NCBI GenBank assembly: GCA_002813105.2
Contig: CP017966.2
Span: 728,312 to 760,311 of the forward strand
DNA from: Methanosarcinales archaeon Met12
GTDB lineage: Archaea; Halobacteriota; UBA148; JAJOKI01
Reading direction: 5' to 3'
DNA length: 32,000 nt
Below are positions 24,498-30,699 of the stretch, piece after piece. The translations under genes were made by a program, and so were the position numbers. The number at the start of each line of letters is the position of its first letter. The first letter of the stretch is position 1. The notes beneath the pieces are model-generated. The model was not told where the DNA came from. It saw nothing but the letters and a program-made list of their open reading frames with translations, and did not search any database.

Positions 24498-24895
24498 TTT
24501 TCATCGATACCACCTTTTGGTTTGCCCATATCGTAGAGACCGATGACATGCACCAAAATGCATTGGATGAAGAGGATAACATCAAGAGCGGGAGATACGG
24601 CAGACCGGTCACAAGCGATTACGTGTTGGATGAGTTAGCTACTTTGCTTAGAAGGGAGATAGAGACAAAAAGAGTGCATGAAAAAATCCTGGGGATCTTG
24701 GCAGCTCCAGACATAGATGTCATTTTCATAGGGCCTGCCCTTTTTAGCGAAGGGCTGAAAATCCTCAGAGAAGACGATAGACGAAAGTTTAGCATGACCG
24801 ATGCGACTTCTGTCGCGCTCATGTTGAGCAAGAAGATTGATACGATTGCCAGTTTTGATGACCATTTCACCAGATATGTAAACGTGATTCCATAA
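24494..24895 (+). CDS. vapC: PIN-domain ribonuclease toxin
   Basis: 133 aa. MIFIDTTFW, TSDYVLDEL, SMTDATSVA and ASFDDHF are PIN blocks. Confidence 0.85.
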   Translation: MIFIDTTFWFAHIVETDDMHQNALDEEDNIKSGRYGRPVTSDYVLDELATLLRREIETKRVHEKILGILAAPDIDVIFIGPALFSEGLKILREDDRRKFSMTDATSVALMLSKKIDTIASFDDHFTRYVNVIP

Positions 24896-24978
24896 AAACG
24901 TTTAATGCCTTAAAACGACAATGTCATAAAGGATGATGGGCAAAAGAGCGGAAAAACGGGCTAAGTTGATTGTTGAAC
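24895..24978. repeat. junction repeat, copy C (longest)
   Basis: AAAACGTTTAATGCCTTAAAACGACAATGTCATAAAGGATGATGGGCAAAAGAGCGGAAAAACGGGCTAAGTTGATTGTTGAAC starts at the toxin stop and ends where MinD homology begins. Confidence 0.7.
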
Positions 24979-25290
24979 AACACGCTAAAAATGATAAAAA
25001 TGGCAGAGAAAAATGGCATCCCTGTCAAAGGAATCATATTAAACAGGGTGATGGGCAGAGGATATGAACCATCTATTGCTGAAGTTGATTCTGTTTGCGA
25101 TGCACCCGTGGTCGCTGTCATCCCTGAAGATGTTGATGTCAGAAGGAGCATATCTGATATGAATCCTGTCGTGTTGAACGCTCCATATTCCCCTGCTGCC
25201 GTCGAATTCAAGAAACTGGCCGCCCGCTTGATTGGAAAAGAATACAAGGTTGAATTGTGGGACAGGGTAAGGCAATTCCTTAGGTTCTAG
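24970..25290 (+). pseudogene. 3' fragment of an archaeal MinD/ParA-family ATPase gene (no P-loop half)
   Basis: LKMIKMAEKNGIPVKGIILNRV...VVAVIPEDVDVRRSISDMNPVVLNAPYSPAAVEFKKLAARLIG matches only the C-terminal ~100 aa of MinD. A TGA sits immediately upstream in frame, and no GKGGxGKT-coding sequence is nearby. Confidence 0.6.
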
Positions 25291-25346
25291 GCACCATACG
25301 CCATTGCTTACAAGATTTATCCCTTTTGAATGATGAAACAATAGTG

Positions 25347-25850
25347 ATGAACAGAATTGCCATAACAGGTCCGCCAAGAATTGGAAAGACCACGATATGT
25401 AGGAGAGTCATAGATTCTCTGGGCTGCAGAGTCGGAGGAATGAGCACTTCAGAAATCAGAGACGGCGATAGAATTGGATTTCAGATTATGGATTTGATGA
25501 CTGGCATGGTTGGCACGCTTGCACATGTTCATGGAGCAGGTCCAAGGATTGGAAAATATCATGTCAACCTGGCAGATTTAGACAACATCGGCGCAAAGGC
25601 CATCGAATGCTCAATAGACGCAGAGCGGATTGTCATCGATGAGATAGGACCGATGGAATTGAAGTCCGAGAGATTTGTCAGAGCTGTGGAGATGGCGCTG
25701 AACTCAAACAAACCCATGCTGGTTACATTGCATCAGCGGTCAAGACATTCCCTTGCGGAGCGCATTAGGTCCGAGTTTGAGGTGAGGGAGATAACCAAGG
25801 AGAATAGGGACAGGATCGTCTACGAGATTACCGAAAAACTAAAAACATAA
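25347..25850 (+). CDS. nucleoside-triphosphatase, THEP1/NTPCR family
   Basis: MNRIAITGPPRIGKTT (P-loop) and VIDEIGPMEL (Walker B), with a size of ~167 aa. ATG 25347 is preferred over TTG 25326. Confidence 0.85.
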   Translation: MNRIAITGPPRIGKTTICRRVIDSLGCRVGGMSTSEIRDGDRIGFQIMDLMTGMVGTLAHVHGAGPRIGKYHVNLADLDNIGAKAIECSIDAERIVIDEIGPMELKSERFVRAVEMALNSNKPMLVTLHQRSRHSLAERIRSEFEVREITKENRDRIVYEITEKLKT

Positions 25851-25894
25851 GTTTAAATATCACCCCTTCCTAATACATCTACGGTGTATGTTTT

Positions 25895-26092
25895 ATGGTG
25901 AAAACTACTGTGATTCTAAAGGATGAAATACACGAGATATTGGTTGAGAGATTCGGAAGAAGAAAGATATCCGAAACCATCAACAAGATTCTCGAAAAGA
26001 ACCTGTTCAGGACGAAAAAAAGCATGTTCGGCATCGACCCCTGGCTCACCACCGAAGGACTTAGAGATGAGGAGGAGCATGAAGGTCTTTGA
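25895..26092 (+). CDS. vapB: VapB-type antitoxin
   Basis: 65 aa. KTTVILKDEIHEILVERFGRRKISETINKIL is RHH-like. It overlaps the PIN gene by 14 nt. Confidence 0.7.
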   Translation: MVKTTVILKDEIHEILVERFGRRKISETINKILEKNLFRTKKSMFGIDPWLTTEGLRDEEEHEGL

Positions 26093-26441
26093 CTCCTTTG
26101 CATGGATAGAGTACTTTGCCGGCACTGAATGTGGAATGAAAGTAAAGAAAGTCATCGACGATGTGGAGATAATTTATACGCCTTCTGTCTGTCTTACTGA
26201 GTTCAAGGCGAAGTATCTAAGGGAGGGAAGAGATCCTAGTAAGAGGGTTAATTTTATGGAAAATAGAAGTGTCATCACACCGATCGACAAGGAGATTGCG
26301 TTAAAGGCTGCAGATATGAAGATTGAGTATAAATTGCATACTATCGATGCCTTGATATACGCAACGGCATCGGTCAAGAGAGGCAAGCTTATAACTGGAG
26401 ATGCACACTTTAAGGATTTACCAAACACAATGATGATTTGA
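26079..26441 (+). CDS. vapC: PIN-domain ribonuclease toxin
   Basis: MKVFDSFAWIEYF..., TIDALIYATA and ITGDAHF are PIN blocks. GAGGAGGAG lies just upstream of ATG 26079. Confidence 0.85.
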   Translation: MKVFDSFAWIEYFAGTECGMKVKKVIDDVEIIYTPSVCLTEFKAKYLREGRDPSKRVNFMENRSVITPIDKEIALKAADMKIEYKLHTIDALIYATASVKRGKLITGDAHFKDLPNTMMI

Positions 26442-26445
26442 GTCC

Positions 26446-27570
26446 ATGCAAACCGAGATAATTCAGGAAGGCAGCACAAAAATCATGGTCCCTATATTGG
26501 ATAAAGAGGTGAACTATCCTCCATCCAGCGCATCAGTATTCTACAATCCAAAGATGGAATTGAACAGGGATATCAGCGTTGCATGTGTTGGGGCATTTGC
26601 CAGAAAGCAGGATACATATATAGACGTGCTCGGAGCTACGGGTATTATGGGCACGAGGATGGCGAATGAAGTCGGTTTTAAAAAAGTAGTAATAAACGAC
26701 TGGAACCCCAGGGCATATGAATTGATCAAGAGAAATATCGAACAGAATCAGTTGAATGCCATGGCGCAGAATAAAAATGCGAACGTACTTCTATCTGAGT
26801 CTCATTTTGATATAGTAGACGTAGACCCGTTTGGCACTCCGATACCATTTTTAGATTCTGCCTGCCGTTCGGTGAAAAAAATGCTCTGCATAACTGCTAC
26901 GGACACGGCACCTTTGTGTGGCGCCCACAAGGCATCAGGCATCCGAAAATATGGTGCCATCCCCCTCAAGACGGAATATCATCCAGAGATGGGCGTACGC
27001 ATCCTTCTGAGTGCAATTGCCAGAAATCTGGCGAGATATGACAAATCGATGTCGCCTTTATTATCCTATGCCATGGAGCACTATGTTAGAGTTTATTTGG
27101 CTGTGGAAAAGGGCGCCGCAAAGTCAAATGAAATGATGAAGCAAGTGGGTTTTATATGCCATTGTTTTGGCTGCGGCTTTAGAAGTTGGAAGTATGGCTT
27201 AACGGTTTCCATGCCAGAAAAGTGTCCTTCTTGCGCTGAGCACATACCACTGGCAGGCCCTCTCTGGCTGGGGAACTTACACGACAAAAAATTTTGTGAC
27301 ATGGTTCTACGTGAACTTGAGCATAGGAAATTGGGCACACGACAAACAGCGATAAAACTCGTGCGATTGTGCGCTGAAGAACAGGAGATTCCCACTTTTT
27401 ATGACCAACACGTGATGTGCAAAAAACTGAAAATCAATCCACCGCCGATAGGGTCGACGATATCTGCATTATGCGATGCTGGTTTTAAGGCATCGAGGAC
27501 TCATTTTTCAGGCACGTCATTCAAGACGAATGCCCCGCTGGAGGAGATCGAAAGAATCCTTTGCAGATGA
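26446..27570 (+). CDS. trm1: tRNA (guanine26-N2)-dimethyltransferase
   Basis: 374 aa. VFYNPKMELNRDISV, VDVDPFGTP and the C-terminal Cys4 finger CHCFGCG...CPSC are Trm1 hallmarks. Confidence 0.9.
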   Translation: MQTEIIQEGSTKIMVPILDKEVNYPPSSASVFYNPKMELNRDISVACVGAFARKQDTYIDVLGATGIMGTRMANEVGFKKVVINDWNPRAYELIKRNIEQNQLNAMAQNKNANVLLSESHFDIVDVDPFGTPIPFLDSACRSVKKMLCITATDTAPLCGAHKASGIRKYGAIPLKTEYHPEMGVRILLSAIARNLARYDKSMSPLLSYAMEHYVRVYLAVEKGAAKSNEMMKQVGFICHCFGCGFRSWKYGLTVSMPEKCPSCAEHIPLAGPLWLGNLHDKKFCDMVLRELEHRKLGTRQTAIKLVRLCAEEQEIPTFYDQHVMCKKLKINPPPIGSTISALCDAGFKASRTHFSGTSFKTNAPLEEIERILCR

Positions 27571-28129
27571 TATATATCTCAGCACTCTCCTTCCTGGATG
27601 CCAGCGGGGTATATGGTTTTACAAAGCCGAAATATTTCCTGACATCATTAAAGAAGTCCGAGAACATGTCGCCTTGAAATACCTTCACCACAAAATTTCC
27701 ACCAGGTTTGAGTATCTCTACGGCAATATTCAACGCAGAATTGGATAAGTCGATAGAGCGTGCATGGTCCAGACTCCAGTTGCCTGAGAGGTTTGGCGCC
27801 ATATCAGAGATGACCACATCTGCGCCGCCTGTCTTCTCGATAATCCCCTTGATTTTTTCAATCATGGCAGGGTTGGTCACGTCTCCCCCGAGAGTTTCCA
27901 CTCCTTCGAGGGGGGCGATTTTTTGGATATCGATGCCCAGGACAAAACCGCCAGATACCTCCTTTGCAACCTGGAGCCATCCCCCTGGAGCGGCACCAAG
28001 ATCGACCACTGTAGCGCCCCTCTTGATTAGCTTGAACTTATCATTGATCTGCTGGAGTTTGTACGAAGCCCTGGATCGATATCCATCTCTTCTCGCTTTA
28101 TGGTAAAAATGGTCTTTACGGCGCGGCAT
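27521..28129 (-). CDS. rlmE: 23S rRNA (uridine-2'-O)-methyltransferase RlmE/FtsJ
   Basis: 202 aa. YRSRASYKL, VVDLGAAPGGW, VISDMAPN and the VVKVFQG motifs are present. Confidence 0.9.
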   Translation of the reverse strand: MPRRKDHFYHKARRDGYRSRASYKLQQINDKFKLIKRGATVVDLGAAPGGWLQVAKEVSGGFVLGIDIQKIAPLEGVETLGGDVTNPAMIEKIKGIIEKTGGADVVISDMAPNLSGNWSLDHARSIDLSNSALNIAVEILKPGGNFVVKVFQGDMFSDFFNDVRKYFGFVKPYTPLASRKESAEIYIICKGFFRSPPAGHSS

Positions 28130-28178
28130 AGATTAAATAAGTGTAACTATGGTGATTTTAAGTTTATGGAGTTCATCA

Positions 28179-28299
28179 TGCTCCGGTCGGGATTTGAACC
28201 CGAGTCTTCGGCTTTCTTCGCCCTTTTTGGTCAAGCTTTTTGCTTGCAAAAAGGTTGCTCGAAAGGCCGGAATGATTGGCCGGACTACACTACCGGAGC
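28179..28299 (-). tRNA. tRNA-Glu(UUC) with a 46-nt canonical (37/38) intron
   Basis: The minus strand reads GCTCCGG-TA-GTGTAGTCCGGCCAATCAT-T-CCGGC-CTTTCG / intron / A-GCCGA-AGAC-TCGGG-TTCAAAT-CCCGA-CCGGAGC-A. A bulge-helix-bulge can be drawn (CUUU pairs with GAAG, with 3-nt bulges at both junctions). There is one C-A mismatch at 27:43. Confidence 0.85.
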
Positions 28300-28331
28300 A
28301 AAGGTTTTGATATATTTTATCGGTGAACCTA

Positions 28332-28696
28332 TGGGCCCGATGCGATTTGAACGCATGACCGCTCGGTGTCTCCCACCAACCTGCAAACAGGTTGATCATT
28401 TGACCCGTTTTCGCTCCGCTTCAACGAGTCGCGCCGTTCCAACCTGCAAACAGGTTGATCATTTGACCCGTTTTCGCTCTGCTTCAACGAGTCGCGCCGT
28501 TCCAACCTGCAAACAGGAGTCTCTACTTCGTAGAGACCCTCTCACTGCAGAGCGGTGAGCAGGTTGATCATATCTCTTTATGTTTGGTCCTACTGAGCGA
28601 GCATATGTGAGCGAATGTAGGACGTTTTTGTTCAAACTTTTTATTAAAAAGTTTGGTTATGAGCCGAGCGCTCTAACCAGACTAAGCTACGGGCCC
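28332..28696 (-). tRNA. tRNA with CAU anticodon (Met or Ile2) interrupted by a ~290-nt intron at 37/38
   Basis: Exon 1 (28696-28658) is GGGCCCG-TA-GCTT-AGTCTGGTTA-GAGC-G-CTCGG-CTCATA. Exon 2 (28367-28332) is A-CCGAG-CGGTC-ATGCG-TTCAAAT-CGCAT-CGGGCCC-A. All four stems pair perfectly once 28368-28657 is removed. A TATA-like AATATAT lies 10-20 nt upstream, with the same spacing as for tRNA-Glu. Confidence 0.75.
28376..28517. repeat. 63-nt tandem direct repeat, 2 full copies + 16-nt partial third copy, inside the tRNA intron
   Basis: The units start at 28376, 28439 and 28502. The two full units differ at one position (ctccgcttc vs ctctgcttc). A further 12-nt echo (caggttgatcat) lies at 28560-28571. 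Confidence 0.9.
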
Positions 28697-28741
28697 GTGA
28701 GACCAAAATATATTCTTCCATCACTTAAACCTAAGCCAGTT

Positions 28742-29323
28742 CTATGTCGATTTTTCTAAACGAGCAAACATTCGCCTTATATATCTGGCTTTGGCGCTTT
28801 TGCCTGTTTTCCTGAGCAGCGCGCCATCTCGCACTTTGATCGTCATTATTTTGAAGTAATTTTTGTTGAAATGCTCGACGTTTCCGACCACAAACTCTCG
28901 CTCTCCTGGAACAGGCAGGTCGATTGGTTCGGTACGCTTACCGGATTGCAGAGATATTTTCACCACCACTTCGTCGACAACCTTTGCCCAAATCGTTTTG
29001 ATCGACTCTGCATTAGCGCATCTGACTCTTTTATTCCCTGGCAACTCAATGGACGTGACCTGTACCACGCTTGGTTTATCGTCTTCATCGATTATGAACT
29101 CGTCACCGATCGTCACCTCGTTCTGACCTAATAGCTCTATCTTTTGTACTGCGGACGTATCGTGTTTTGATATGACAACCTTTATCGATATATTTTGAGG
29201 CGCTGATGGGGAGGCCATATGGGTGGTTTCACAAGCATCGCACTTAACCAAATCCTTCTTTAATATATGGTGGCTCACAGGATGTTCGGGCGAGCATGTT
29301 GGGCATATTACCTCTATCTGCAT
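28742..29323 (-). CDS. conserved archaeal zinc-finger protein (COG1326 / HVO_0476-like)
   Basis: MQIEVICPTCSPEHPVSHHILKKDLVKCDACETTH carries two CxxC pairs at the N-terminus. The start is taken at Met21 of the ORF. The family name is from memory. Confidence 0.65.
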   Translation of the reverse strand: MQIEVICPTCSPEHPVSHHILKKDLVKCDACETTHMASPSAPQNISIKVVISKHDTSAVQKIELLGQNEVTIGDEFIIDEDDKPSVVQVTSIELPGNKRVRCANAESIKTIWAKVVDEVVVKISLQSGKRTEPIDLPVPGEREFVVGNVEHFNKNYFKIMTIKVRDGALLRKTGKSAKARYIRRMFARLEKST

Positions 29324-29366
29324 GAAATCACAATACATAAGGACAATTAGATACAAATAATTAGTT

Positions 29367-29801
29367 GTGGTCAAAGAGATCATTCATGCGTTAGGGCATC
29401 CGAGCATTACGGCTAGACATCGGACCACGTTTGAGATAACGAAGGATGTACATATTATGGGGGCGGGAGATTGTATCGTGGCGGTATCAGCGGACAAAGG
29501 CGCGAACGACCTTTCCATACGATTTAAACAGGCGGCAAGTCAACCAGATACTCGAATTGTAGTAGACTTTTTCGCGGGCGAGTTGCACGAACGAATAATC
29601 GGGCACGGACATCCAGACTTAACGTTCGAACATTCAGAAGACCTGGTCGGGCGAGTGAGCTCGTATACGTGTCCCAGAACGCTGATGGTCAATGCTGACA
29701 AATCAGCACTTCGGTTCGACCGAAATTTTGTAAGAGCGATTCAATTGAAAGACGTGGAGATAAGAATAGAACTAATCGCGATCAGACCGGGGCGACACTG
29801 A
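29367..29801 (+). CDS. DUF371-domain protein (conserved archaeal)
   Basis: 144 aa with a GTG start. HPSITARHRTTFEITKD...GDCIVAVSADKGA is typical of DUF371 as I recall it. Confidence 0.65.
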   Translation: MVKEIIHALGHPSITARHRTTFEITKDVHIMGAGDCIVAVSADKGANDLSIRFKQAASQPDTRIVVDFFAGELHERIIGHGHPDLTFEHSEDLVGRVSSYTCPRTLMVNADKSALRFDRNFVRAIQLKDVEIRIELIAIRPGRH

Positions 29802-29826
29802 CAGCTGATTCAATATAAATGCTATA

Positions 29827-30192
29827 TCAGATTGGCCTTCGACGTGAATGCCGGGACTGGGGCGGCAATATGAATTTCAGGATGATCACGCTCGCTATCA
29901 TGCAAACCGCTAACATGGAAACCAGCGTTTCCCACTCCCACCCCTGGAGCCTGCCATCGAGACCGTACCGAATTCCGCCAAATACAGCCGTAATTACAAA
30001 TGTCGATGAAACTGCGATGACTCCCCCTCCAACCAGTGAAAGAGCCTGACCTGCCCCTCTTGTATCAAAGAATGCCGAGCCGAGTATGAAGGAGATGGCG
30101 CCAATCATCAACATGATGGCGGGATGAATTGGACTCTCAAACTCAACTATATATATGACTCCAAATACAATTCCAAGCATTACCAGTGCCAC
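29827..30192 (-). CDS. small integral membrane protein, unknown function
   Basis: 121 aa with four hydrophobic segments and a basic C-terminus (SRHSRRRPI). No family was recognised. Confidence 0.5.
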   Translation of the reverse strand: MALVMLGIVFGVIYIVEFESPIHPAIMLMIGAISFILGSAFFDTRGAGQALSLVGGGVIAVSSTFVITAVFGGIRYGLDGRLQGWEWETLVSMLAVCMIASVIILKFILPPQSRHSRRRPI

Positions 30193-30369
30193 TACGACAG
30201 AAGCTATTAACGCCTCGATAAAGTAATTGACTTGAATTGGTATACCTCCTATAAATATACTAAATAACTATCATGATTTATAAGTGTCGCAGTCTACACA
30301 ACAAATAAGCCTATATCCATTAGGATACAATCACTGTTACAACTAAATAGTTACTGTGGAGAAAGTGGA

Positions 30370-30699
30370 ATGGCCAAGAGAAGGAAGATAAACGAGGTAA
30401 CTAAGGATATAATGGGGCAGGTGATAAGGCACCGCTCTTCGAAGTGTCCCTATAAAGTAGTATGTGTGGCGTCAGGTGAGACCTGCATAGAAGACGTTCC
30501 CACTGCCATCTCGGCATTTAAACCGCCAGTTTGTTTCATAAGAAGGCAGAAAAAATGGTATGAGGAAGAGTGGGTAGATTTAAAAACGACATCCTGGGTG
30601 GAGGTTTTATCGCTTCAAAAGCCATTGCTGTTCGTTCTGTTCATAATATCTACTGTTGTGGCGTTCTTCCTCGCTACAGTCTTAATAGCATTTGGATGA
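30370..30699 (+). CDS. hypothetical tail-anchored membrane protein
   Basis: 109 aa with a basic N-terminus, four scattered Cys and a single C-terminal TM helix ([23 protein letters not shown]). Its 3' end overlaps the convergent aldolase gene by 85 nt. Confidence 0.4.
   Translation: MAKRRKINEVTKDIMGQVIRHRSSKCPYKVVCVASGETCIEDVPTAISAFKPPVCFIRRQKKWYEEEWVDLKTTSWVEVLSLQKPLLFVLFIISTVVAFFLATVLIAFG

Noticed and set aside
21288-24978. Junction repeats as integron attC sites. The 3' cores GTTGGGC and GTTGAAC fit the attC R' consensus GTTRRRY.
   Set aside because: I could find no complementary RYYYAAC (R'') partner and no extended imperfect hairpin within any copy. The internal similarities are direct, not inverted. 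Copy A ends GTTGAGA, which does not fit, and no intI-like integrase is in the window. The resemblance to an integron is organisational only.
28100-28558. 152-aa plus-strand ORF with a repeated 21-aa unit (PTCKQVDHLTRFRSASTSRAV).
   Set aside because: It runs antisense through tRNA-Glu and exon 2 plus the intron of the CAU tRNA, and has no RBS or promoter. Its repeat is simply the translation of the 63-nt DNA repeat. I treat it as spurious.
28376-28571. Possible CRISPR array, suggested by regularly spaced repeats with a hairpin-forming element.
   Set aside because: The units are contiguous 63-mers that are identical across their whole length, so there are no variable spacers. There are only about 2.25 copies and no cas genes or leader. 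The whole block sits between the two exons of a tRNA. It is a tandem duplication, not a CRISPR.
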